Below, piece after piece: positions 17,760 to 28,100 of a DNA stretch of 64,000 nucleotides. Each line of letters starts with the position of its first letter. Position 1 is the first letter of the stretch. The stretch is from assembly GCA_965230295.1 (NCBI GenBank), contig OZ246001.1, forward strand, positions 1,440,001 to 1,504,000, given 5' to 3'. The stretch is from Marinicella sp. (lineage in GTDB: Bacteria; Pseudomonadota; Gammaproteobacteria; Xanthomonadales; Marinicellaceae). A program made the translations under genes and the position numbers. The notes under the pieces were generated by a model, which did no database searches, was not told the DNA's origin, and saw only the letters and a list, made by a program, of their open reading frames with translations.

Positions 17760-18168
17760 CGCAGGTAATGAAAGCATGGTGGTTTACCTGAAAGGTAATA
17801 AGCCTTGCTTGAATACCGTAGCGCGTGCTCTCGGTTAGGCAGGCTATGAAGTAATTGCGGTTTTGCAAAGCAAAGAAGCAATTTCGTAATGGCCGATCAG
17901 CCGTGAAGTCATGCTGGTCGCTATCGCATCCTGCTCACGCGACAGACCTACATCCATGTAGGCCAGTCAGAGAGAGCAAGCCCGAGGTAGTAAGTTATGC
18001 TCACTGCGGTCGCTTTCATTTTTGTCTGGAACAGACATGCAGTGCGAAGCAACTGCTCAGACAATAGTCTGTAAAGGTCGGTTTATTTGCGCAGCAAATA
18101 TGAAGACCTGTCAGACCATGAGCCAGAATGAAGACCCAAGGGCATTCATTAAGTGTTAACAGGCCCTG
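17760..18168. repeat. Structured non-coding repeat, copy 1 (inverted copy at 57075-57420)
   Basis: 18008-18133 matches the reverse complement of 57092-57217 at 124/126 bases, with looser similarity in the flanks. Contains many small hairpins and ends in a MITE-like TIR (AGTGTTAACAGGCCCT). Confidence 0.9.
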
Positions 18169-18878
18169 GACTCTTGGGTCATTTTCACCAGTTGAATGCG
18201 AATGTCTTTTGAATCTTTTACCATTTCTGGATAGGGTAAAAAATAATTGGTTTTTTCATTGGCCCTCACCAAACAACCATCTGGATACAAGTGAGTCATG
18301 ATGATTTGATCGGCTTCAAAATTTTTATAATATGAACACATGACCTTCATGGCATCGACATGATCTTCATTCATGTGCTCAATAGCCGCTTTCTCGCTGG
18401 CAAGCCACTGTGGCTCAGGTAAGATAAAATCATCCACATTCAGCCAATAGATTTGTCCAAAGCCACCAATGTATCTGACATGTTCTACTTTGAGACGATA
18501 AAACTGAAAGTCATGGGTGCTTTGGTAAGATTTACTTTCGGGAAATTTCAAAAAGAATTTATCAGCAATGTCCAGTGCTTCCTTATCGGAAACCAACTCA
18601 GCATTGCCCAATAAAGTTAAACGTGCACCGGCATTGATGTCTTGATCATTTTCCTGACTGACCAACAAGCTGATCTTGGAATTTTGTTTGATGTTTTTGG
18701 TGTGCTGCGCCAAGTGACTGATGTAAATGATCGGATGACCCTGGTAATCCGTCATGTATGTGGTCACAGAACCAAATGGAAATCCAGACTTGCTGAATGA
18801 GTGCGTGGATAACATGGCCTTTTCATGACTGCGTAACAGTGTTCTGGCTTCTTTGATTGCTTTGTTCTTCTTGTTCAT
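18156..18878 (-). CDS. HugZ/HutZ-family heme utilization protein
   Basis: Split-barrel motifs GFPFGS, ISHLAQHTKNI and RYIGGFG, plus a C-terminal HMNEDH segment; last gene of the heme ABC operon. Confidence 0.85.
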   Translation of the reverse strand: MNKKNKAIKEARTLLRSHEKAMLSTHSFSKSGFPFGSVTTYMTDYQGHPIIYISHLAQHTKNIKQNSKISLLVSQENDQDINAGARLTLLGNAELVSDKEALDIADKFFLKFPESKSYQSTHDFQFYRLKVEHVRYIGGFGQIYWLNVDDFILPEPQWLASEKAAIEHMNEDHVDAMKVMCSYYKNFEADQIIMTHLYPDGCLVRANEKTNYFLPYPEMVKDSKDIRIQLVKMTQESRAC

Positions 18879-18887
18879 AGTTGTGTT

Positions 18888-19679
18888 TTAAATAGTCTCA
18901 TAATTGGGGTTGTTGATCACAGGTCGAGCATCATTGCCACAATGCATCACCTCTACATCAACATCGAATACTGATTTCATCATGTCTTTTGAAATCACTT
19001 GTTTGGGTGTTTGTTGACTGACCAAACGGCCGTCTTGGATGACCCAAATCTCATCGCAATAACTGGCGGCTAGATTGATGTCGTGGATCACCACTATGCT
19101 GGCAATGTTTTCCTTCACCAGCGCCCTGATTTGTCCAAATAACTGGAACTGATGTTTCATGTCCAAAGGCGCAGTGGGTTCATCTAAAAACAAAAAACGC
19201 ATACCATGCGTTGACCCAAGATGAAGAAGCTGTGCAAACACCCTGGCCAAATGTACACGCTGTTTTTCACCACCAGACAAACTCAGAAAATTACGCCCTG
19301 CCAATCCTTGTGCTGACACCATGGTCAAGCAATGATTGATCAAATGTTCTTGCTGTTCAATCCCAACTGAAGACAATGCGAAACTCATACCCACAACATC
19401 TTTAACCGGAAACGGAAAGTTCAGGTTTGACTCTTGAGGGAGGGCTGCCCTCATTTTAGAGAGCGTTCGGGGATCCAATGATTCCAAAGGCTGGCCATTG
19501 AATTGAATGCTGTTTTCAGTGGCAATCAAACCGGACAAACACTTAAGCAAGGTTGATTTCCCGGCCCCATTGGGCCCAATGATGCCTATCACTTTGGCCT
19601 CATCTATTTGCAAACTGACATCCTGCAACAAGGGTTTGTTGTTGATGACGTGATCAAGGTTTTTGACTGATAGACTCAT
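18888..19679 (-). CDS. hmuV: Heme ABC transporter ATP-binding protein
   Basis: GPNGAGKST, LSGGEKQRVHLARVFAQL and FLDEPTAPLD. Confidence 0.88.
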   Translation of the reverse strand: MSLSVKNLDHVINNKPLLQDVSLQIDEAKVIGIIGPNGAGKSTLLKCLSGLIATENSIQFNGQPLESLDPRTLSKMRAALPQESNLNFPFPVKDVVGMSFALSSVGIEQQEHLINHCLTMVSAQGLAGRNFLSLSGGEKQRVHLARVFAQLLHLGSTHGMRFLFLDEPTAPLDMKHQFQLFGQIRALVKENIASIVVIHDINLAASYCDEIWVIQDGRLVSQQTPKQVISKDMMKSVFDVDVEVMHCGNDARPVINNPNYETI

Positions 19680-19680
19680 G

Positions 19681-20778
19681 TTAAATTCCAAAGGCTAACT
19701 TCTTTTTTTGTTTGATCAACAACAAGATAAACACCGGTGCGCCAATGATGGATGTGATGATCCCGATGGGAACCTCTGCAGGTGCGGCCACCATCCTTGC
19801 GACCAAATCAGCAATCAACATCACCGAGCCGCCCAACAGCATGGAATTGACCAACAAATGTCTATAATCACTGCCTAAAGTGATGCGCAAGATGTGTGGC
19901 ACAACCAAACCAATGAATCCGATGATACCACTGACCGAAACGGCAACACCCACCGTGAGGGCGTTGAGCCAAAGCAGTTGTTTTTTAACCTGACCCACTT
20001 CAACACCCATGTATTTGGCATTGGCTTCACCCAACAGCAATAAATTCAGTTCATTGCGTTTGCGGTAAATGCCCCATATTGACAAGGCCAAAATGGGTGA
20101 GATGATCATGATGTTTTGCCAAGTTGCCGCCCCCAATGATCCCATCAACCAATAAGTGATTAACCGCAGTGATTGGTCGTCTGCCAAATAACTCATCATG
20201 CCAATCACCGCGGCAAATAGGGCATTCAATGCAATCCCAGACAACAACAAGGTGACGATTTCCAAACGACCATTGACCTGTGCCATTTTATTGATCAACA
20301 ATGCGGTGATGGCTGCACCAATAAAAGCCAGGCTCGGCAATAAGTAGGGTCTGATCACATCTGGGACCGACCATTGGGTCATGAACACAATACCAATGAC
20401 CGCAGCGGCAGCGGCTCCAGATGAAATGCCCAACAAGCCAGGGTCAGCCAATGGGTTTCGACAAATGCCTTGTAATGATGCACCACTGATGGCCAGAGCA
20501 AAACCTATTAAGATGGCCAATAAAGCCCTGGGTATTCTGATGTTATTGACAATTGACATCATGAAGTCTGCCTCAGAATAACCTTGAACCAAACCACCTA
20601 ATGCTTTAAACAGGGCCATAAAGTCCACCAACGCAGGGCCAACAGAAACCGCCAGTACAAAGCACAACAACAACAGCAACAACAGCCATATCTGGTCGCT
20701 CATACGCCATTTGAAGTGCCAGTTTGAATCCTTTTGATGCATGGATTTCAGCTTAAGGGAGCTTGCTTCAGCGTTCAT
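19681..20778 (-). CDS. hmuU: Heme ABC transporter permease (FecCD family)
   Basis: IRIPRAL, RNPLADPGLLGISSGA and IGFIGLVVPH. Confidence 0.88.
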   Translation of the reverse strand: MNAEASSLKLKSMHQKDSNWHFKWRMSDQIWLLLLLLLCFVLAVSVGPALVDFMALFKALGGLVQGYSEADFMMSIVNNIRIPRALLAILIGFALAISGASLQGICRNPLADPGLLGISSGAAAAAVIGIVFMTQWSVPDVIRPYLLPSLAFIGAAITALLINKMAQVNGRLEIVTLLLSGIALNALFAAVIGMMSYLADDQSLRLITYWLMGSLGAATWQNIMIISPILALSIWGIYRKRNELNLLLLGEANAKYMGVEVGQVKKQLLWLNALTVGVAVSVSGIIGFIGLVVPHILRITLGSDYRHLLVNSMLLGGSVMLIADLVARMVAAPAEVPIGIITSIIGAPVFILLLIKQKKKLAFGI

Positions 20779-21586
20779 AATCTGACAAAACCTTCACCGC
20801 TTCATCAATCCTGGTACCAAAACCCAAAGCCAACAAAGCATCCATCACCAAAATGTCACAACCATTTTCTGCCGTAGTCATGGCAATGGTCATGTTTTTA
20901 CAGATGGCCTCAACACCGCCCATTTTCTTGACCACATGAGACGGCATTACGATGAGGTCGGGTTTGGCCTGGATTAACTTTTCGGCGCTGTAGGGTTTGT
21001 AGCCTTCGTACTCAGATACAATGTTGCTGATGTGGCTGAGCTCAAACAGCATATTGGGCACGGTATTTTGACCGGCAGCCACTGGCCCCCTGTCTCCCAC
21101 ATCCATCAGGAAAATGGCCGTTCTGGACTGCTTTTCATCTGACACCAACTGATTGAGCTTTTCTTCAACCCTGACGATGATTTGTTCGGCTTGTTCACTG
21201 ACTTGGAAATATTCGCCAACTTCTCTCAAATACGACTTCCATACATCTATGTTATAGACCTCTTGTTTGAAAACTTTGACTTCGACACCCGCATTGCTGA
21301 TTTGCAACAAGGCATCATCAGGACCGGCACCATTTGAAGCCACCAATCGTGTCGGATTGGTCGATAACACACCTTCTGCTGACAATTGACGGAAATATCC
21401 TACTTTGGGTTTTTCTGCGACTTCATACGGGAAATAACTGCTGGAATCGACTGCAATGATTTCCTGACCTAAACCTAAGGCATACATGATTTCAGTGATG
21501 CTGCCACCCGCCGAAATCGTTCGTTCTTGAGCAAAGGACAAGGTCCAATTCATGAACATCAAGATAGGGAGAATAATGTATTTCAT
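20768..21586 (-). CDS. hmuT: Heme ABC transporter periplasmic binding protein
   Basis: Signal peptide, GGSITEIMYALG and VGYFRQLSAEGVLS (conserved Tyr heme-ligand motif). Confidence 0.9.
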   Translation of the reverse strand: MKYIILPILMFMNWTLSFAQERTISAGGSITEIMYALGLGQEIIAVDSSSYFPYEVAEKPKVGYFRQLSAEGVLSTNPTRLVASNGAGPDDALLQISNAGVEVKVFKQEVYNIDVWKSYLREVGEYFQVSEQAEQIIVRVEEKLNQLVSDEKQSRTAIFLMDVGDRGPVAAGQNTVPNMLFELSHISNIVSEYEGYKPYSAEKLIQAKPDLIVMPSHVVKKMGGVEAICKNMTIAMTTAENGCDILVMDALLALGFGTRIDEAVKVLSDYER

Positions 21587-21591
21587 GTGGC

Positions 21592-22725
21592 TTACCTGAG
21601 GTGTTTGTTGATGATTGACCTGGCTTTGGCCAGTCCTGCGTCGGAATCATAGCTGTCTTTCTCAGCCACTTTTTCAGCATATTGGAACAACGGCATGAAC
21701 AAATGTACGCCATCCACTTTTTTGTTGATGGCCAGTGCATCATGTTTGTTGATCAATTCAGACCACACTTGCCTGACATCAGACCAGAAAGGCCCTGCTT
21801 TGTCCATGTATTGGTTACCCGGATTGAAGTCGGTACCAACAATGCGTCGGTAGCGACCAACACCTTCTTCTTTGGCTAAATAGGCTTTCAATCCACCGTC
21901 TTCGTTGAGCACCTTTTTCCAATTTTCCTCTTCCTGCACCCACCCAAAACGATTGATGGTGTGACGATTAAACCCTTCTAAAATATGATAATCACTTCTG
22001 ACGCTGTACTCCCTTCTTGGCAACGGTCTTTGTGTGGTCGCACTGATCCACGTTGAGAAACTGGGATTGTGCTGCCAAAAACCATAAGACTCATACCGGG
22101 GCGAATCATCGACCTGGAACACCGCTTGAGACCAATTGCCCGTTTTTTTGTCCTTTGGTATCGCACGTTTTTTCCACGAATTATTTCCCTGGTATTCTAA
22201 AATGGTGTCATCTTGGTAAGTCCAATCTTGACGCCAGTGTTTCATCACCATGGGCTCAGAAACACCACCATCTTCTGTTTTGAAATACATCACCATCACA
22301 TGTTGCAGACTGATGAACTCTGGCTCATCCGTCACCACATAGACATATTCTGTGCCCCAGGAATGATAGGGTTTATCGCGTTGGTAATCAGCATTGAAAC
22401 CGACTGTCTCTAAAAAATTAAAGTCAACGCGGTAGGGGCCTGCCATGGCCAATATGGCACGGCGGTCTTGCTCAAACTGAGACAATCCAGCTTGCTTTAA
22501 ATGGACCCATCCAGAGTGTGGTTCACTGTCAAAAGTCACATCAACACCTTTAGATGTACCACCTCTGGGTTTGTCATCACAGACATTAGACAATGCCCAA
22601 CTGAACACATACTGTGCTTGAGAGTCGTCACATTCATTGGGATCCTGTTCGCCATAAGCCAAGACCACAGGCAAGACGAGTGTTTGTAGCACCAATAAAA
22701 AAACCACTTGAACTTTTAAATTCAT
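21592..22725 (-). CDS. Secreted conserved protein, probably DUF6607 family
   Basis: Signal peptide; DRRAILAMAG, KHWRQDW, QVDDSPRY and RPLPRREYS motifs recalled from DUF6607 proteins. Confidence 0.7.
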   Translation of the reverse strand: MNLKVQVVFLLVLQTLVLPVVLAYGEQDPNECDDSQAQYVFSWALSNVCDDKPRGGTSKGVDVTFDSEPHSGWVHLKQAGLSQFEQDRRAILAMAGPYRVDFNFLETVGFNADYQRDKPYHSWGTEYVYVVTDEPEFISLQHVMVMYFKTEDGGVSEPMVMKHWRQDWTYQDDTILEYQGNNSWKKRAIPKDKKTGNWSQAVFQVDDSPRYESYGFWQHNPSFSTWISATTQRPLPRREYSVRSDYHILEGFNRHTINRFGWVQEEENWKKVLNEDGGLKAYLAKEEGVGRYRRIVGTDFNPGNQYMDKAGPFWSDVRQVWSELINKHDALAINKKVDGVHLFMPLFQYAEKVAEKDSYDSDAGLAKARSIINKHLR

Positions 22726-22749
22726 TGATATTCACCTTTTTTAAATAAT

Positions 22750-22768
22750 AATGAGAATGATTTGCATT
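22750..22768. promoter_or_regulatory. Fur box
   Basis: AATGAGAAT-G-ATTTGCATT, a 9-1-9 Fur-like inverted repeat between the divergent heme-uptake genes. Confidence 0.8.
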
Positions 22769-22821
22769 TGCGTCAATTATCAATTACATTACCGCCCAAG
22801 TCAATTATTACTGTAAAAAAC

Positions 22822-25056
22822 ATGAAAAAGATTTTTGCCCTATCGGCTTTAACAGCTGCTATCTGCACAACCTTCATCACCCATGCTGAAGAAGACGAAA
22901 CACTGGATTTAGAAAAAGTCACCGTCACTGCCAACCGCACCGCCAAAACCCTGGATGAATTGAGTAACAAAGCTTCAGTCATCACAGCAGAAGACATCGA
23001 ACAATATTTACACCAAGACATACGAGATTTGGTCAGGTATGAACCTGGCGTGACTGTTTCTGGTCTCGGCCGATTTGGCTTGTCAGGGTTTAATATTCGT
23101 GGCATAGGTGGTGATCGCGTCTTGACTTTGGTAGACGGCGCACCCATTGCCGATGAATTTTCTTTTGGTCCAGCATTATCAGCCCGTAGAAATTACATCG
23201 ATGTAGACGCCCTGAAAGCGGTAGAAATTGTTCGAGGCCCGGCTTCTAGTTTGTATGGCAGCAATGCCATAGGTGGCCTGGTGACTTTTATCACAAAAGA
23301 CCCCAGTGACTATTACCAAGGCGGTGATGACAACAAATACTTTTCCATCAAATCCGGCTTAGATTCAGTCGATGCCTCGTTTGACAACACCTTTACCTAT
23401 GCAACTGGTGGTGATCGCGTTCAGGGCATGCTGGTGGCCACCCATCGCGATGGTGGTGAAACAGAAACTTACTACACCGCCGATCGAAGCACTGGAGCAG
23501 GTAGGATGTCTGCCAATCCGATTGATAACACAGAGATCAACCTCCTGGGCAAAATGGTGTTCCAACCCAGTGATGATCACCAGTTCAAGTTGACTGCAGA
23601 AAAATACCGGGCCAATACCGATACCAGCGTATTGACCCAAGCAGGCTCATTGGTGTTCGGCACAGTTAAACTCAGTGTGGATGCTGAAGACTCAAGGGAC
23701 CGCAGTCGTTTTGGTTTTGAATACTTTGGCACAGCGGCAACCCGCGCCTTCGATGAAGTCCATGTCAATGTGTACTTCCAAGATTCCGACTCTGAACAAG
23801 ACACATTTGAAGAACGGTTGTCTGCTTCACAAGTCAGAGAGACCAGAACCAGAAATTCGTTTTATGAACAAGAAAACGTAGGTTTCAAAGTGAATTTTGT
23901 GAAAGACATTGATACAGCTGTTGGCCAACAATGGGTTTATGGGATCGATTATGATTTTTCCGACATCAGGACTTTGAGGTTGGGTCAAACAGTATTGACT
24001 GAAACTGGTGAGCAACTTCCAGAGTTCAGCAACTTCCCGACGCGTGACTTTCCCAATTCTGAATACAAAAGTGTCGGTATTTTCGTGCAAAATGAATTGA
24101 CTTTCCTTGATGGCGATTTATCCGTCATCCCCAGCTTAAGGTACGATGACTTCGAGTTAACACCCAAAGTTGATGACATCTATTTGTCCGGCAACACCGG
24201 ATCACCCACACCTGCAGCCTACTCCGAATCAGAACTATCGACTAAGTTAGGCTTCATTTACCGCTTCAATGAACAGTGGTCAATTTTCGGTCAATATGCC
24301 GAAGGGTTTAAAGCACCTCCAATTGATGCCGTCAACACAGGGTTTACCAATTTTGCCGGTGGTTATACCACTTTACCAAACCCTGACTTAAACCCCGAGT
24401 CCTCTGAAACCACAGAATTGGGCATTCGATTCAAGAGCGACATCCATCAAGTTGAATTATCGGCCTACAGAAGCACCTATGATGACTTTATTGAGTCTCT
24501 GGCATTCAGAGGTTTCAATCCAGCCACCGGTTTACTTGAATTCCAAGCCAGAAATCTGGATGAAGCAGAAATTGATGGCTTCGAGTTAAGAGGCTATCTG
24601 GACATGTCAGGCTTTTATGAAGGTTTGCACCTGCAATACGCTTATGCCCAATCAGATGGCGAGGACAATTCAACAGGGTTACCGATCAATACGGTTCAAC
24701 CTGAATCATTGGTGGCAGGTATTGGCTATGATGCGCCCAGTGGCTTTTGGGGCACAGAATTGATCATGACTTTGAATGATCGCAAAACAAAAATTGATGA
24801 TTCTGACATTCAATCAGCAGACCCCAATGATCCGGCAGTTGCTCCATTCCAGACCCCTGGATTCAGTGTCTATGACTGGGTCGGTTATTTAAATGTCAGA
24901 GACAACATCCGCATAAACTGGGGCGTGTTCAATTTAACTGATAAAAAATACTGGCAGTGGAATGATGTGCTGTTACAGCCAGCATCGGCGTCCAATTTAC
25001 CACGTTTAACTCAACCAGGAAGGAATGCATCTATAACTGTACGAGTTGAATTCTGA
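22822..25056 (+). CDS. TonB-dependent heme/hemoglobin receptor
   Basis: TonB box EKVTVTA, plug motifs FNIRG and RGPASSLYGS, FKAP...PNPDLNPE (FRAP/NPNL-like) and C-terminal Phe; start ATG 22822. Confidence 0.9.
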   Translation: MKKIFALSALTAAICTTFITHAEEDETLDLEKVTVTANRTAKTLDELSNKASVITAEDIEQYLHQDIRDLVRYEPGVTVSGLGRFGLSGFNIRGIGGDRVLTLVDGAPIADEFSFGPALSARRNYIDVDALKAVEIVRGPASSLYGSNAIGGLVTFITKDPSDYYQGGDDNKYFSIKSGLDSVDASFDNTFTYATGGDRVQGMLVATHRDGGETETYYTADRSTGAGRMSANPIDNTEINLLGKMVFQPSDDHQFKLTAEKYRANTDTSVLTQAGSLVFGTVKLSVDAEDSRDRSRFGFEYFGTAATRAFDEVHVNVYFQDSDSEQDTFEERLSASQVRETRTRNSFYEQENVGFKVNFVKDIDTAVGQQWVYGIDYDFSDIRTLRLGQTVLTETGEQLPEFSNFPTRDFPNSEYKSVGIFVQNELTFLDGDLSVIPSLRYDDFELTPKVDDIYLSGNTGSPTPAAYSESELSTKLGFIYRFNEQWSIFGQYAEGFKAPPIDAVNTGFTNFAGGYTTLPNPDLNPESSETTELGIRFKSDIHQVELSAYRSTYDDFIESLAFRGFNPATGLLEFQARNLDEAEIDGFELRGYLDMSGFYEGLHLQYAYAQSDGEDNSTGLPINTVQPESLVAGIGYDAPSGFWGTELIMTLNDRKTKIDDSDIQSADPNDPAVAPFQTPGFSVYDWVGYLNVRDNIRINWGVFNLTDKKYWQWNDVLLQPASASNLPRLTQPGRNASITVRVEF

Positions 25057-25070
25057 TAATAAAACTCAGT

Positions 25071-25135
25071 TGGGCTGGTCTATGACCAGCCTATTTTCTA
25101 CCCCTGATTAGCCAGTGCAATGCTGGCTCTTTTTA
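25071..25135. terminator. Two hairpins between convergent genes
   Basis: GGCTGGTC-tat-GACCAGCC-tatttt and AGCCAG..CTGGCT-cttttt. Confidence 0.65.
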
Positions 25136-25151
25136 TTGCTAAAAATTTGAC

Positions 25152-28100
25152 TCAATCACAAGCATAACCGCTGAGTTGAGACAATCTCGTCACATCCAAA
25201 TCACCTGCAGGGAACCCTGCTAAAGTGCTTTCCCAAGAAACCACTGCATTGTTATCATCCAGCTTGGTAAAGGTAAGTTCACCCCAGTTGGCAAACAAGA
25301 CATCAGCCGCATTGAAGTCAGGCGGGAATAAGGCATCAGATCCGGCAACAGCCGTTAGGGTGGCACTGTTACCATTGATGGGTCCAGTGGCCAGTAGCCA
25401 ATAAGGGCGGCCTTCTTTGTAGGTATACCAAGCCATCAACATGTTTTGTGCTGAACCTGCATCGATCACCTGGACCATAAAACCATGGCCGTCTTGATCT
25501 GTGTTGTACCAAGTACCGGAGTGGCAAGAGCGGATACCAGAAGAATTGTTATCTGTCGCAATTTGGGTCAATCGCTCTACCTCCATACTGCCGTTGCTGT
25601 AGTCGGACAAAACAGAAGACCAAATCAACTGACCTGTTCGGTCAGAATCTAACACCAAAGTGACCGTTCCCCAGAATGTTCGAACCACATCTTCAGTTTG
25701 GAAATCGGCAACAGGAAAACCGGTTCCTTCGGTGACTGCCATATCAATGTCCACACGATTGTCTTTGATGGTACCCACACCAATCAGCCACACCGGTTCA
25801 CCATCAATGTAGGTATACCAGGCGGCCAGTATGGACGGCGTACCATTGAGCTCTATCACTTCAAGTAACAAACCATGACCTGATTGCTCGGTGTTGTACC
25901 AATTACCACTGACTTGGTCATTAATGACAAAATCCGGCGCAGCATCTAGGTCGGTCAAAGGCACTCGCCACACACCACGACCATAAGTAAAGGCAAACAA
26001 CTGCGCAGGTCCGCCTTGGGCGGGTTCCCTGATGACCAAATCCTCCACAATGACTTGACTGAATCCAGTGTTTTCAACCGCCCAGCTGTCACCGCCATTG
26101 GTACTCACGAAGACGCCCAAATCTGTACCAATATACAAGCGGTCACTGTTATTCGGGTCAACCACAATTTTATGTACAGGCACATCAGGCAGCTGTCCGG
26201 AGCCACTGCCATCAATGGCATACCAAACACCACCTCCATTGGTGGTTTTCCACACGTGTTTACCACCAAATGTGGAATAAGTGGCATAAGCAACCACCGG
26301 ATTACCTGGCTCAAAGGCAATTGAAGAAACCCAGCCAGAGCGTGGTTCACTGAAAAACACATTAAACAAGCCATTTGTTGTCAGTGCATTATTAACGACT
26401 CCAATAATTTTGCTGTTACCAAAAATCACGCGATCTGAATTACCCGGTGCCACAGCCAATGCCGAAATCAGGTCATTGTATGTGTTGCCAAGACTGTAAC
26501 TTGACTGATGCCATGAGTTGCCCTGGTCATCACTTCGCCACAATCGATCGCCGCCTAAAAATAAACGATTGGGTTGGTTTTCATCAATCTCGTAAGGGGT
26601 GATAAATATGCGATTGGGCGTTATTCCTAAGTTATGCCATGGTGTTACTGTGGGAGAATTGGCAGCCAAATTCCACAAGCTGACATAACTGTTGCCACCG
26701 TCATTGGTGCGTTGAATGTTGGCATTTTGCGATGACACATAAAAATTGTTGTCATCAACTGGATTGATGGCCAAATCCGCACCATCTCCGCCATTGATCC
26801 ATGTCCAACTGTTCACGCCACTGGCATCGCTGCCCAATTGGGTGCCGTTATCCTGAGCGCCGGCAATATAAGATTTTCCATCAGAAAATACAGCACCGGC
26901 ATAAAATTGCGTGATGCCATAATTGTTATTGATGCTGCGCCATTGCACTCCGTTGGTTGCTGGCAAACAGGGCGCTGTGTTCCCGTACTTAACTGGCAAG
27001 GAATCATCATCAGTCAGAAAGATACCGCCATCATTGATGGCATACAGGGTTTTGTTATTGACCCCGTCATAAGCTGGATGAAAGATAAACCCATGTTGGT
27101 CAGCATGTACATAAGCGTCATCATAGGCGGGGTTGTTATAAAACTGTGCATCCCAATCAGAAGCCATGCCAAAGTTTTGCCCACCATCATCCGAGCGATA
27201 AATTTCCATACCGCCCACCCACACCACATCGGGATCTGTTGGGCTGGCAGCAATGGCTTGGTTGTACCATCCGGCACTGTAATACCAGTTGTTGTCATTA
27301 CAAAAACTACCATGGGCACCATCTGCATATGAGAACAGTTGTGTATTCAGCAATGTGGGACTGGTGTTCCTCAATCGTGCTTCCCAGCTCAAACCACCAT
27401 CTGTAGAGCGAAATATGGCATGTAAGCCATTGTGTAAATCAGGTGCCCCATCATTGTCTAAATCAGGTCCACCATCGGTATTGGCTGCTGAAGCATAAAT
27501 GATGTCTTGATTGGCCATATGAATCGACATTTCAGTTCGACCCATCCCTGGTTCTGTTAAGGTCATTTGCCAATCATCCGTAGACTGGGCTTGGGTGTTG
27601 ACATAAACCCGGGCATCGCAAGGACCTGAGCAAGCCTCTGGCAACAAGCCAGGTAAATAGTAGCGATCATCGGTTGAACGAGAGGCACAAGACACCAACA
27701 ACCAATCATCGGTCTTATCGGATCTGATGCTCAAGTCATTACAACCCTCAAACAAATTCTCTCCTTGTTGTGTGGTGGGGTTCAGGGTCTGGTTGAAACT
27801 GCGACCACCATCATGTGAGCGCCACACGCCGGTGTTGGTGGCTGCGTAGATGACATTGTTGTCGTTGGGACTGATGATGATGTCACTGACATACATGAAT
27901 TGTTCGTTCACCGTATTGCTTAACTGAAACCACGTTTCGCCACCATCGGTGGTTTTAAAAATCCCGGCGCCACTCATGCTTGAATAGGGTCGCAATGTTT
28001 TGCGGTACAGTTCTCCGGTCCCTGCATACAAGGTTTTGGGTTTGGTTGGATCGATGGCCAAAGTCCCAACATTGATGTTCGCCATGTTATCAGCCATGGC

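Noticed and set aside
17855-18067. 70-aa ORF here and the 69-aa ORF at 57024-57233
   Set aside because: Both lie in the hairpin repeat, and the two copies do not keep a common reading frame or start.
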